Positions 26,644 through 36,484 are shown, counted from the stretch's first letter. The stretch is DNA of 64,000 bases from Bacteroidales bacterium (GCA_035403225.1 DAONET010000001.1:52281-116280); one strand, 5' to 3'. Notes: generated by a model from the letters alone, not told the origin. Made by a program: numbers and translations.

Positions 26644-26707
26644 GAAAAAAGTTGTTACTTAGCTGAAATTTTTCATTTATTGCAACCAACAAAATCAATA
26701 GAAACTT

Positions 26708-28783
26708 ATGGCTGATCAGAAAAAATTTGTTCCGTTTGTCTCCGCGGAAACGAATATGAAAGAATTCACGCTCAAAGCCTTACTTATCGGTTTGGTCTTT
26801 GCCGTGGTTCTTGGAGCCGCAAACGCCTACCTGGGTCTGAAAGCAGGGATGACGATTGCCGCCACTTACCCGGCTGCTGTCCTGGGTATGGCAATGTTGC
26901 GTCTTCTGAAAGGAAATATCCTGGAAGAGAACCTAACCCGTACAGTCGGATCAATCGGAGAATCCGTAGCTGCCGGAGCCATTTTCACGCTCCCCGCCTT
27001 TTATATCTCCGGTATATGGCCCGATTTCCTCACCGCCGGGCATTACATTACCTCCTCGCTGATTCTTATTGCCGGGGGTATCCTGGGTATCATGTTCGTG
27101 GCATTACTGAGAAGGGTAATGGTCGAAGACGCTGAGCTTCCTTTCCCTGAATCAGTGGCTGCTGCCGAAATTCACAAAGCCGGTCAGTCGGGATCAGGCG
27201 GATCAAAATTCCTGTTCTGGGCCATGGCCATGGGCGGATTGATCAAGATCCTCGGCGAATTGAGGCTTTTCAAATACCTGTGGGAAAAATTCGTCACTTT
27301 CGGACAACAAGTCATCTCCGGTACCATTTTCAAAGGACAGGGCGGTATGTTACTGAGCTCTCCGGGTGTTAGTCCCGCCTACATGGGAGTTGGTTACATC
27401 ATCGGACCTAGACTGGGTGCGCTGAACTTCTCCGGCGGTTTGCTGGCCTGGGGTTTGCTGGCTCCCATGATCCTTTATTTCCTGGTTCCTAACCTCGACT
27501 TTGCCGCATGGGCTTCATTCCTGATGAGTAATGACGCCACGTTGACGCAGGAAGCTGCCATGGCAAAAGTCACCAACCCGATGTATCAGATCGACCAGGT
27601 GTGGCGTTATATCGTTCGCCCCATCGCCATTGGCGGGATGCTCGTGAGCGCTGCCTTCACCCTGTATAAGATGAGAAAGAGCCTCATCACGGGAGTCGGA
27701 CGTTCTATTTCCGACGTGAAGAAAGCCGCCTCCGGCTCCACCTCTTCCATGCCCCGCACCGAAAAAGATATCAGTTTCTCCTGGATTATGGTCGGCATCC
27801 TGGCTGTTGCCATCATGACCTTCTCCATATCTTATTTCATCTTCGACGCCAGTATCATCATCTCGGTGGTAGCTGCGACCGTCATGATCGTCCTGGCCTT
27901 CTTCTTTGCTGCCGTTTCCGGGTACCTGGTGGGTATCATGGGATCGAGCAATAACCCCATCAGCGGGCTTACCCTCACTGCCTTGGTTGTGACGGCCCTG
28001 ATCCTCGTCGGATTAGGCGTACAGGGCAATGCAGGAGTTGCTACCGTCCTTGGTGTGGCTGCCATCGTTTGCGTGGCTGCTGCCGTTGCCGGTGAAATGC
28101 TGCAGGACCTCAAAGCCGGACATATCCTCGGTGGTACTCCCTGGCGTATGCAGATCGGTGACATCATCGGTGTAATCCTCGCCGGCGCTGTCATGTTCGT
28201 CGTCCTCGCTTACCTGAACGAAGGCGATATCGCCAGTGGCAGGAACCTCGGTTACCAGGGCGGTTTCGGAAGCAAAAACCTTTCCGCTCCGCAAGCCGGT
28301 CTGATGGCCATCCTCTCCCGCGGTATCGTGGAAGGCGCTATGGCATGGCCGCTGATCATCACCGGTATGCTGATGGGCGTTGCGTTCATCCTCATGCAAA
28401 TCAAGAGCCCGATGCTGGTATCGGTTGGTATGTATCTCCCCATTGAAACCACCTTCGCCATCTTCGTCGGCGGTATCATCAAGGGCGGTGTTGATCACTT
28501 CAAAGAAAAGAGAAAACTGAACGAGGCACAGAAAGTCAGGGTTGAAAATACCGGTGTCCTGCTTGCTTCCGGTCTTATTGCCGGTGAAGCACTGATGGGA
28601 CTGCTGATCGCCATCCTTGCCGCCTTCGGCATCTTCCTCTATGACTACTTCTCCTTCTTCAAAAACCCGACGTTCCTGATCAGTCTTATCGTAATCGCAC
28701 TGGTGGCCTATGTCCTCATCCGTGTGCCGTTGAAAGCAGCCGGCAAACCCGATGAACCCGCACCGCCTTCGGCAGGAATGTAA
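26708..28783 (+). CDS. OPT family oligopeptide transporter
   Basis: 691 aa with about 16 TM helices. Characteristic OPT segments are present: EFTLKALLIGLVFAVVLGAANAYLGLKAGMT, GSSNNPISG, QDLKAGHILG. Confidence 0.9.
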   Translation: MADQKKFVPFVSAETNMKEFTLKALLIGLVFAVVLGAANAYLGLKAGMTIAATYPAAVLGMAMLRLLKGNILEENLTRTVGSIGESVAAGAIFTLPAFYISGIWPDFLTAGHYITSSLILIAGGILGIMFVALLRRVMVEDAELPFPESVAAAEIHKAGQSGSGGSKFLFWAMAMGGLIKILGELRLFKYLWEKFVTFGQQVISGTIFKGQGGMLLSSPGVSPAYMGVGYIIGPRLGALNFSGGLLAWGLLAPMILYFLVPNLDFAAWASFLMSNDATLTQEAAMAKVTNPMYQIDQVWRYIVRPIAIGGMLVSAAFTLYKMRKSLITGVGRSISDVKKAASGSTSSMPRTEKDISFSWIMVGILAVAIMTFSISYFIFDASIIISVVAATVMIVLAFFFAAVSGYLVGIMGSSNNPISGLTLTALVVTALILVGLGVQGNAGVATVLGVAAIVCVAAAVAGEMLQDLKAGHILGGTPWRMQIGDIIGVILAGAVMFVVLAYLNEGDIASGRNLGYQGGFGSKNLSAPQAGLMAILSRGIVEGAMAWPLIITGMLMGVAFILMQIKSPMLVSVGMYLPIETTFAIFVGGIIKGGVDHFKEKRKLNEAQKVRVENTGVLLASGLIAGEALMGLLIAILAAFGIFLYDYFSFFKNPTFLISLIVIALVAYVLIRVPLKAAGKPDEPAPPSAGM

Positions 28784-28786
28784 GGT

Positions 28787-29167
28787 ATGAAGCTGTCAGA
28801 ACGTAAACGATTCCTTAAAAAGGCAAATACACTTGACCTTACCCCTTTGCGCCTTCTCGACCACACGGCCGGAGAAGGCGCAAAGGTTTCTTTATTGTTC
28901 CCCCGGTTCCAGGGGACCATCTGGAAACCATTGCTCCAGAACAGTGTTCGGAGAAAATTTATCCCCATCAAACTGGATGAGTTCGGTTCAGCTGTCTGGC
29001 TGCTGATTGACGGCAACACCCCGGTAGGCGGTATCAGTCAGAAACTCTGCGAACTCTTCCCCGAAAAACTGGTTCCCGGAGAAGATACCGATGACCGGGT
29101 GGCCAAATTCATCTTCCTGCTGTACAACCAACGGTACATCTCCTTCAAAGAATTTCAGGAGAAATAA
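28787..29167 (+). CDS. PqqD-family (RRE-like) small protein
   Basis: 126 aa, starting 3 nt after the OPT stop. The core LDEFGSAVWLLIDGNTPVGGISQKLCELFPE....DTDDRVAKFIFLLYNQRYI aligns by eye with PqqD (LNETAAAILELVDGRRDV..I...L.ERFPE...VDDDVVEFL......KWI). Confidence 0.6.
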   Translation: MKLSERKRFLKKANTLDLTPLRLLDHTAGEGAKVSLLFPRFQGTIWKPLLQNSVRRKFIPIKLDEFGSAVWLLIDGNTPVGGISQKLCELFPEKLVPGEDTDDRVAKFIFLLYNQRYISFKEFQEK

Positions 29168-29248
29168 ATAACCGGATGAATTTTCGTACCTTTATACCGT
29201 TGTGTCATCACACAAAATCGTTTTATATTACTTTTTAAGACTATTAAT

Positions 29249-30709
29249 ATGAGCAAAGACATTTTAAATCTTCAACCCGCATCGTTGTGGAAGAATTTCT
29301 ACAGCCTGACCCAAATCCCCCGCCCTTCCAAGAAGGAAGAGAAAGTCAGGGATTTCATCGCTGATTTTGGCAAAAAACTGGGATTAGAAACCATCGTTGA
29401 CGAAGTCGGCAACGTGATCATCCGCAAACCGGCCACTCCCGGTATGGAAAACCGCAAAGGTGCCATCCTGCAGGGACATATCGACATGGTTCCTCAGAAG
29501 AACAGCGACGTTGTTCATGATTTCGAAAAAGATCCCATCGACGCATGGGTGGATGGTGATTGGGTTAAAGCCCGCGGGACGACCCTCGGCGCCGACAATG
29601 GTATCGGAGCGGCCGCTGCCATGGCCATTCTGGAATCCAAAGATATTCCTCACGGACCGGTAGAAGCTCTCTTCACCATTGATGAAGAAACGGGCATGAC
29701 CGGAGCATTCGGACTGAAAGCCGGTATTCTCAAAGGCGACATTCTGATGAATATGGATTCGGAGACCGAAGGAGAACTTTACATCGGTTGCGCCGGCGGC
29801 ACCAACGCCAATATTCGCTTTGCCTATTCAGAAGTACCCGTTCCTGCCGGCATGATCGCCTTCAAACTGAGTGTCACCGGCCTTAAAGGCGGACACAGTG
29901 GCGTGGATATCCCCCTTGAAAGAGGTAATTCCAACAAGATTCTGAACCGGTTCATGTGGCACGCTGAAAGGAAACACGGACTCAGACTGGCTTCCATCGA
30001 TGGCGGCAGCCTTCGGAATGCCATACCGCGCGAATCCTTCGCTATCGTGGTCATCCCGGGAGACAAAAAAAGTGATTTCCTGAAATGTCTGGAAAAATTC
30101 CAGGGTATCGTGAAGAAAGAACTCATGACGGTTGATCCTGAGTTGAAGGTCGAAGCGGTCGCCACCGACATGCCGAAAGCCCTGATTGACGAAGATACCC
30201 AAAAACGGTTTTTGAATGCCGTTTATGGCTGTCCCAATGGCGTCATGAGAATGAGCAACGATATGGCCGGACTGGTAGAAACGTCCACAAACCTGGCCAT
30301 TATTAAATCGGAAAACGGGAATATCCGTCTCCAGTGCCTGCTCCGCAGCTCTGTTGATTCAGCCAAATCAGACCTGGAACAGATGATGCAGTCGGTATTC
30401 GAACTGGCCGGCGCCGAAGTGATTTTTGATGGTCAGTACCCGGGCTGGAAACCGAATCCTGCTTCACCCATCCTGAAGACCATGCAGGAAATCTACCAGA
30501 AAAAATGGGGCAAGGTCCCCGAAATCCGCGCTATCCATGCAGGCCTTGAATGTGGCTTGATGGGAGGCGTTTACCCGAACTGGGATATGATCTCCTTCGG
30601 CCCGACTATCTGCAATCCCCATTCTCCGGATGAAAGAGTCGGCATCGAATCTGTCCAAAAATTCTGGGATTTTCTTGTAGATACCCTGAAAAATTTCCCT
30701 CAAAAGTGA
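29249..30709 (+). CDS. pepD: Aminoacyl-histidine dipeptidase PepD (peptidase M20C)
   Basis: 486 aa with the PepD N-terminus (L.P..LW..F..L..IPRPS..E) and M20 metal-binding motifs (LQGHIDMV, GADNGIG, DEETGMTGA). Confidence 0.9.
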   Translation: MSKDILNLQPASLWKNFYSLTQIPRPSKKEEKVRDFIADFGKKLGLETIVDEVGNVIIRKPATPGMENRKGAILQGHIDMVPQKNSDVVHDFEKDPIDAWVDGDWVKARGTTLGADNGIGAAAAMAILESKDIPHGPVEALFTIDEETGMTGAFGLKAGILKGDILMNMDSETEGELYIGCAGGTNANIRFAYSEVPVPAGMIAFKLSVTGLKGGHSGVDIPLERGNSNKILNRFMWHAERKHGLRLASIDGGSLRNAIPRESFAIVVIPGDKKSDFLKCLEKFQGIVKKELMTVDPELKVEAVATDMPKALIDEDTQKRFLNAVYGCPNGVMRMSNDMAGLVETSTNLAIIKSENGNIRLQCLLRSSVDSAKSDLEQMMQSVFELAGAEVIFDGQYPGWKPNPASPILKTMQEIYQKKWGKVPEIRAIHAGLECGLMGGVYPNWDMISFGPTICNPHSPDERVGIESVQKFWDFLVDTLKNFPQK

Positions 30710-30768
30710 TTCTTTGCAGAGAAAATCGGTTCAGATAAATCCTTTTTTGCTTTTTTAAAAATAATTAG

Positions 30769-30776
30769 TACTTTTG
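30769..30776 (+). promoter_or_regulatory. Bacteroidota -7 promoter box TACTTTTG for rpmH
   Basis: Exact TAnnTTTG match, 19 nt upstream of ATG 30796. Confidence 0.6.
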
Positions 30777-30795
30777 CAACCCAAAATTCACGATA

Positions 30796-30957
30796 ATGAC
30801 AAAGAGAACGTTTCAGCCATCAAACCGAAAAAGAAAAAACAAGCATGGTTTCCGTGAACGGATGGCGACTGCCAACGGGCGTAAAGTATTGGCTTCGAGA
30901 AGAGCAAAAGGAAGAAAAAAGCTAACCGTTTCGGACGAACAGATGGATACCAAATAA
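30796..30957 (+). CDS. rpmH: 50S ribosomal protein L34
   Basis: Hand translation gives [53 protein letters not shown] (53 aa), the canonical L34 sequence. It falls below the 60-aa cutoff of the ORF track. The antisense ORFs 30788..30988 and 30813..31640 are spurious. Confidence 0.92.
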   Translation: MTKRTFQPSNRKRKNKHGFRERMATANGRKVLASRRAKGRKKLTVSDEQMDTK

Positions 30958-31049
30958 TTTCGACGTCTGAACGGATGGCAATATCCATTTTTTAAGCAAT
31001 TTTGTAAAGAAAAGAAGATACACAATATCTTCTTTTCTTGTTTTACGAA

Positions 31050-33518
31050 ATGTCCATTCAAAACCGAACCATGAAAAACCTGTCCTTTAAAAAGTGCCTT
31101 CCTTACCTGGCAGCGATTGTGATCTTCCTGGTCATAACCATCGTATATCTGTCTCCCTTGCTCGAAGGCAAGCAGATATTGCAAAGCGATATCATGAATT
31201 TCAAGGGGATGTCGAAAGAGATTCAGGATTTCAGGCAAAATACGGGCCAGGAACCACTCTGGACCAACTCTATGTTCGGCGGCATGCCCTCCTACCAGAT
31301 CTCTACCAGTTACCAGGGCAACAAGATTGGATTTCTTGAAAAAGTGATGACCCTGGGACTTCCTCATCCGGCTAATATCCTGTTTCTTTATTTCGCCGGT
31401 TTTTTCATTCTTCTCCTGGTAATGGGCGTGAATCCCTGGCTGGCCATCGCCGGTTCGATCGGGTTTGCCTTTTCGTCGTACTTCTTCATCATCATCGACG
31501 CCGGGCATAATTCCAAGGCATTTGCCATCGGGTTCATCGCGCCGGTCATAGCCGGCATCATTCTCACCATGCGAAAAAAATACCTGTGGGGAGGATTGCT
31601 GACCGCCATATTCCTTTCGCTCGAAATAAAGATGAACCACCCCCAGATCACCTACTACCTCCTGATGATCGTGCTGGTGTACGGCATCTTTACATTGATT
31701 GACGCCTTACGGAATAAATGGTTTAAACCGTTCCTGACCGCTTTGGGGGTACTGTGTGTGGCAGCCATTCTGGCCGTGGCCACCAATATTACAAGTCTCT
31801 GGGCCACGTGGGAATATGGAAAATACACGATCCGCGCCAAGTCGGAACTCACCGACGACCAGCACAACAAAACCAGCGGACTGGATAAAGATTATGTGAC
31901 AGGCTGGAGTTACGGCATCGGAGAAACCATGACCTTGCTGATCCCGGATTTTTACGGCGGATCGAGCAGCGCGAAAGTCGGGCAGCATTCAGCCATCGTC
32001 AAAGCGATGGAACAGAACAACATCCCGAAAGAAACCATCGACAGTTTCACCAGTCAACCGCTGCCGTTCCTTTACTGGGGAGGTCAACCATTTACTTCCG
32101 GACCTGTTTACGTGGGCGCCATTATTGTTTTCCTGTTTTTCCTGGGACTGTTTATCGTCAGAGGTCCGACCAAATGGTGGCTTCTTACCGTCACAATTCT
32201 TTCCATCGTTCTGGCCTGGGGGCATAATTTCATGGCGGTGACTGATTTCTTCCTTACTTACATCCCCGGGTACAACAAATTCCGGGCGGTAACCATGATC
32301 CTGGTCATCGCCGAATTTGCCATGCCATTGCTCGGGATCCTGGCCCTGAAAGAGTTTTTCAACGAGAACGCCGATCGCAAAATTCTGATGCGCGGAGTGA
32401 AATATGCTGCCGGAATCACCGGTATCCTGGCGCTGGTTTTTGCCGTCATACCGGGAGCTTTCCTCTCGTTCAACGGGCCCAACGACGCACGCTTTGCCCA
32501 ACAGCTTCCCGACTGGCTTATGCAAGGTATTCATGACGAACGCCTGCGGCTGGTCAAGCTGGACGCCCTCCGTTCGCTGGTGTTCATCCTTCTGGCCGCG
32601 GGGACCCTGCTCCTTTTCTATTATAACAAGCTGAAGAAAGGTTACGTGATCGCCATGCTGACCATCTTCCTGCTGGCGGATATGTACACCATCGACCGCC
32701 GTTACCTCAACGATGATAACTTTACCTCAAAGACCAAAGTCGATAAGCCCTTCACACCATCACCGGCCGACGAGTTGATCCTGAAAGATAAAGATCCGGA
32801 TTTCAGGGTATTCAACCTCACCGTCAATCCTTTTATGGATGCCAGCACCTCCTATTTCCATAAATCCATCGGAGGCTATCATGGTGCCAAACTGAGAAGG
32901 TATCAGGAACTTATCGATAAGCAGATCTCGAAGAACAACATGGCTGTTCTTAACATGTTGAACACCAAATACTTCATTGTTCCCGGAGAAAACCAGGTTC
33001 CGACCGTTCAGGTAAATGTAGGAGCCCTCGGCAATGCATGGTTTGTTACTCATTATCAATTAGTTGACAATGCCGATCAGGAGATCAGTGCCATGGATCA
33101 CTTTAACCCTGCCGACACAGCGATCATTGACAAAAAGTTCGCTTCTCTGCTTTCGGGATATCAGGGCGGAAGAGACAGTCTTGACGAGATCACCCTCACC
33201 AAGTACCAGCCCAATCATCTCTGGTACAAGTACAAAGCCACCGGGAAAAGCCTGGCTGTATTCTCCGAGATCTATTATCCCAAAGGTTGGAACGCCTATG
33301 TTGACGGAACCCTGACGCCTCATTTCCGTGCCAATTACGTTCTCAGGGCTATGGTTCTGCCTGCCGGGCAGCATGAGCTCGAATTCCGCTTTGAGCCTGC
33401 CGTGTATAAAGTAGGTGAAAAGATATCACTGGCATCTTCCATCCTTCTTTGGGTGTTAGTGGCCGGCGCCGGGTGTTATGAGCTGTTCAGGGCGATGAAG
33501 GCGAGAAAGAAAGAATGA
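31050..33518 (+). CDS. YfhO-family GT-C membrane glycosyltransferase-like protein
   Basis: About 820 aa with many TM helices. The N-terminal region L.G....Q.D......G...E......G.EPLWTNSMFGGMPSYQIS is typical of Bacteroidota YfhO-family proteins. The start is ambiguous (31038 TTG, 31050 ATG or 31071 ATG). Confidence 0.7.
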   Translation: MSIQNRTMKNLSFKKCLPYLAAIVIFLVITIVYLSPLLEGKQILQSDIMNFKGMSKEIQDFRQNTGQEPLWTNSMFGGMPSYQISTSYQGNKIGFLEKVMTLGLPHPANILFLYFAGFFILLLVMGVNPWLAIAGSIGFAFSSYFFIIIDAGHNSKAFAIGFIAPVIAGIILTMRKKYLWGGLLTAIFLSLEIKMNHPQITYYLLMIVLVYGIFTLIDALRNKWFKPFLTALGVLCVAAILAVATNITSLWATWEYGKYTIRAKSELTDDQHNKTSGLDKDYVTGWSYGIGETMTLLIPDFYGGSSSAKVGQHSAIVKAMEQNNIPKETIDSFTSQPLPFLYWGGQPFTSGPVYVGAIIVFLFFLGLFIVRGPTKWWLLTVTILSIVLAWGHNFMAVTDFFLTYIPGYNKFRAVTMILVIAEFAMPLLGILALKEFFNENADRKILMRGVKYAAGITGILALVFAVIPGAFLSFNGPNDARFAQQLPDWLMQGIHDERLRLVKLDALRSLVFILLAAGTLLLFYYNKLKKGYVIAMLTIFLLADMYTIDRRYLNDDNFTSKTKVDKPFTPSPADELILKDKDPDFRVFNLTVNPFMDASTSYFHKSIGGYHGAKLRRYQELIDKQISKNNMAVLNMLNTKYFIVPGENQVPTVQVNVGALGNAWFVTHYQLVDNADQEISAMDHFNPADTAIIDKKFASLLSGYQGGRDSLDEITLTKYQPNHLWYKYKATGKSLAVFSEIYYPKGWNAYVDGTLTPHFRANYVLRAMVLPAGQHELEFRFEPAVYKVGEKISLASSILLWVLVAGAGCYELFRAMKARKKE

Positions 33519-34816
33519 AAAAAGCGCTGATTATCACCTATTACTGGCCTCCCAGCGGGGGTGCCGGCGTTCAGCGTTGGCTGAAATTCGTTAAATATTT
33601 CCGTGATTTCGGTTGGGAACCGGTGATTTATACCCCTGAGAATCCGGAATATCCCGAATCGGATTCCTCCCTGGAAAAAGACATTCCACGTGACCTTGAA
33701 GTAATCAAACGTCCTATCTGGGAGCCTTATAACCTGTATAAAAAGTTTTTAGGCAGAAATAAAGAGGACAAGATCAATGCGGCCTTCACTTCCGAGAAAA
33801 AGCAGAATTCGATGCTGGAAGGCATTTCGGTGTGGATACGGGGGAACTTCTTCATCCCCGATGCCCGGAGATTCTGGATCAGGCCATCGGTGAAGTTTTT
33901 ACGGAACTACCTGTCGGCTCACCCTGTTGATGCGATCATTTCAACCGGACCTCCGCACTCCATGCATCTTATCGCCTCACAGCTTTCTGCGGAGTTGAAG
34001 TTGCCGTGGCTGGCCGATTTCAGAGATCCATGGACAAACATTGATTTTTACAAAGACCTGAAGTTATCCTTTCTCTCGGACCATAAACACCGGAGGCTGG
34101 AGAAAAAAGTACTTACCAAAGCCACCCGGGTTACCGTGATCGGCCAGGGGATGGCCAAAGATTTCGATAAAATCGTTCCGAGGACGTACGATGTCATCAC
34201 CAATGGTTTTGATCCGGATGATATTGCCCCGGCAGACGGGTCAGTTCCCGACAAAAAATTTTCCATCGCTCATATCGGTACTCTTTCCGGTTCCAGAAAC
34301 CCGGTGTCGTTATGGGCTGCCCTGAAAGAATTGGTTCATGAGATCCCCTCTCTTGCTGCTGATCTGGAGATAAAACTAGTGGGGAAGGTGGATTTTTCCG
34401 TTCTCCGGTCAGCAGAAGAGTCGGGTCTCAGCAGGTACCTCTCCAGGATCCCTTATCTTCCGCACAACGAAGTAGTCATTTGCCAACAGCAGTCGCAGGT
34501 GCTGCTTCTTATCATCAACAATACGCCCAATGCGGGCATGATCCTTACCGGAAAGTTTTTCGAATACCTGGCAGCCGGGAGACCGATTTTATGTCTCGGT
34601 CCTGAAAACGGTGATGCAGCAACGATCCTGCGCGAGACCGGCGCGGGGTTGATCGCCGGGTTTGGGGATGTCAACACGATGAAGCAAAACGTTCTCCGTC
34701 TTTATCAACAATATAAAGAGGGCATCTCCCTCCAGCGGAATCCTGCCATTGACCGTTATTCCCGTAAGGAACTTACCCGGCAGATGACCGATATCCTGGC
34801 AGAGATATCGCGTTAA
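33515..34816 (+). CDS. GT-B glycosyltransferase (family 4/1-like)
   Basis: 433 aa with an N-terminal ALIITYYWPPSGGAGVQR motif and a C-terminal GT1-type E-x7-E-like region (GKFFEYLAAGRPIL). Its ATG overlaps the YfhO stop in ATGA (33515..33518). Confidence 0.7.
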   Translation: MKKALIITYYWPPSGGAGVQRWLKFVKYFRDFGWEPVIYTPENPEYPESDSSLEKDIPRDLEVIKRPIWEPYNLYKKFLGRNKEDKINAAFTSEKKQNSMLEGISVWIRGNFFIPDARRFWIRPSVKFLRNYLSAHPVDAIISTGPPHSMHLIASQLSAELKLPWLADFRDPWTNIDFYKDLKLSFLSDHKHRRLEKKVLTKATRVTVIGQGMAKDFDKIVPRTYDVITNGFDPDDIAPADGSVPDKKFSIAHIGTLSGSRNPVSLWAALKELVHEIPSLAADLEIKLVGKVDFSVLRSAEESGLSRYLSRIPYLPHNEVVICQQQSQVLLLIINNTPNAGMILTGKFFEYLAAGRPILCLGPENGDAATILRETGAGLIAGFGDVNTMKQNVLRLYQQYKEGISLQRNPAIDRYSRKELTRQMTDILAEISR

Positions 34817-34882
34817 GGGAAAACACGCGTGAAAAACGAGCCTGTCGGACATTATTGAGTTGATTCTTTCTATCTTTGCCAT

Positions 34883-35275
34883 GCAACAGTTTGTTCTGTC
34901 GTTCCGGCAGTGATGCCGGGAAGGAAAGTCGGGACAACAAAGAGCGCCATGCTTCCTAACGGGAAGGTTCTGCGGATATAAAGGCCGCGGAAACAGATAG
35001 TGCCACAGAAAACAACCGCCCCGGGCGACCGGGGTAAGGGTGAAAACGCGGTGTAAGAGACCACGGGGCCTGCTGGTGACAGCCGGTCGGGGTAAACCTC
35101 ATGGGTTGAAAGACCAAGTATATTCCGGACTCTTCGGAGCCGGGTTGCTCGCCCGGTCCCCGCAAGGGGAGCCGGAAGGGGTAGGTCGCTAAAGCCGTCT
35201 GGTGACAGCCGGTGCAGATAAATGACAGAAGTCCCGGCTCGCCGGGAAACAGGATCCTGCTTACAGAACTGTTGC
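34883..35275 (+). ncRNA. rnpB: RNase P RNA, bacterial type A
   Basis: The P1 helix pairs gcaacagtt (34883..) with aactgttgc (..35275). Conserved blocks are present: GGAAGGAAAGTCGGGAC (P4 5' strand), GCCACAGAAAACA, GGGTAAGGGTGAAAACGCGGTGTAAGAGACCAC, GGGTAAACC, and GACAGAAGTCCCGGCT (P4 3' strand). It is followed by a T-run. The antisense ORFs 34870..35064 and 34956..35333 are spurious. Confidence 0.9.
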
Positions 35276-35292
35276 TTTTTTTAACTGAAAAG

Positions 35293-36348
35293 ATGAAAAT
35301 CCTCACTATCGTCGGGGCCAGACCCCAGTTCATTAAGGCAGCCGCCGTCTCCCGTGTCCTCAGAAAGGTCCCGGGGGTTCAGGAGCTTCTGCTCCATACG
35401 GGCCAGCATTATGATGCCAACATGTCGAAGGTCTTTTTTGATGAGTTGAGCATCCCCGAACCGGATTTCAACCTCGGTGTCGGGTCGGGATCCCATGGCG
35501 TACAGACAGCCCGTATGCTCGAAGGCATTGAGGCGATCATTCAGCAAGAGAAACCAGACTGGACGATGGTATACGGCGACACCAACTCCACCCTGGCCGG
35601 AGCCCTGGCGGCCGTTAAACTGCATATTCCCGTCGCCCATGTCGAAGCCGGACTTCGCAGTTTCAACCGGACCATGCCGGAAGAGATCAACCGCATCGTG
35701 ACCGACCGGGTAGCCGACCTGCTCTTTGCCCCCACCCTTACGGCCGTTTCACACCTGGAACACGAGGGGCTCGCTGATATCACTCGTTTCACCGGAGATG
35801 TGATGTACGACAGCGTTTTGTTTTATTCGGGGCTGGTGGAACAGAATCCCGGGAAATATGCAGTCACCGACATTCCGGCAGATTATTTCCTCGCCACTGT
35901 CCATCGGGCCGAGAACACCGACCATCCGGAGAATCTGACCTCCATCCTGCAAGCCTTCGGCGCCATCCAGGCCCCTGTCGTTTTCCCGGTGCATCCGCGC
36001 ACCCGTAAAATCCTCGCCGATCGGTTCGCCCTTCCGGCCAACCTCATCATGATCGAGCCGGTGGGGTACCTCGAAATGCTCTGGCTGACCATGAACTGCC
36101 GTAAGGTCCTGACCGATTCGGGCGGATTGCAGAAAGAAGCGTATTTCCTTCGGAAACCCTGCATCACGTTACGTACCGAAACTGAATGGACAGAGACCCT
36201 GCACGACGGCTGGAATATCGTCACGGGCCCTCAGACTGCCGCCATCGTCGAAGCTGCCCAGGCTCACTGCCCCACCGCTCCCTCGCGGGATTCTTTCGGC
36301 ACCGGGAATGCAGCCAGCGTCATCACCGGTCTGTTGACCCGGGAATGA
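35293..36348 (+). CDS. wecB: UDP-N-acetylglucosamine 2-epimerase (non-hydrolysing)
   Basis: The start at MKILTIVGARPQFIKAAAVSR is the typical epimerase_2 N-terminus. Further motifs: HTGQHYD, GDTNSTLAGALAA, HVEAGLRS, PEEINR. The track ORF start at 35212 lies inside rnpB. Confidence 0.9.
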   Translation: MKILTIVGARPQFIKAAAVSRVLRKVPGVQELLLHTGQHYDANMSKVFFDELSIPEPDFNLGVGSGSHGVQTARMLEGIEAIIQQEKPDWTMVYGDTNSTLAGALAAVKLHIPVAHVEAGLRSFNRTMPEEINRIVTDRVADLLFAPTLTAVSHLEHEGLADITRFTGDVMYDSVLFYSGLVEQNPGKYAVTDIPADYFLATVHRAENTDHPENLTSILQAFGAIQAPVVFPVHPRTRKILADRFALPANLIMIEPVGYLEMLWLTMNCRKVLTDSGGLQKEAYFLRKPCITLRTETEWTETLHDGWNIVTGPQTAAIVEAAQAHCPTAPSRDSFGTGNAASVITGLLTRE

Positions 36349-36476
36349 CCCCGGAAATCCTCTGTCCCCGGCCCGTTTCAGCACCCTGAAACAAGTTCCG
36401 GAATTTGTCCACAAATTGTTAATAAAATAGCTGATTTTACTGATGTTTTCTCCGGATTTCGTATTGATTTTTTTTG

Positions 36477-36484
36477 TACCTTTG
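36477..36484 (+). promoter_or_regulatory. Bacteroidota -7 promoter box TACCTTTG for gyrB
   Basis: Exact TAnnTTTG match, 33 nt upstream of ATG 36518. Confidence 0.55.

Noticed and set aside
30970-30990. A possible rpmH terminator (ggat..atcc followed by TTTTTT).
   Set aside because: Only a 4-bp stem can be drawn, which is too weak to annotate despite the T-run.
36375-36392. A hairpin, gtttcag-cacc-ctgaaac, 27 nt downstream of wecB.
   Set aside because: The 7-bp stem is not followed by a U-run. It may be a Rho-independent-like pause site, but it is not convincing as a terminator.
36402-36417. A near-palindrome, AATTTGT-cc-ACAAATT, containing a DnaA-box-like TTGTCCACA upstream of gyrB. A second box-like TTTTCCACA (reverse complement) lies at 63804..63812. 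Origin-associated genes (rsmG, rpmH, gyrB, dnaB) are present in the window.
   Set aside because: There are only two isolated, imperfect boxes 27 kb apart. There is no cluster of boxes, no adjacent AT-rich unwinding element and no dnaA or dnaN. In Bacteroidota these marker genes are dispersed, so there is no support for oriC here. The palindrome could be a small operator, but I cannot substantiate that.
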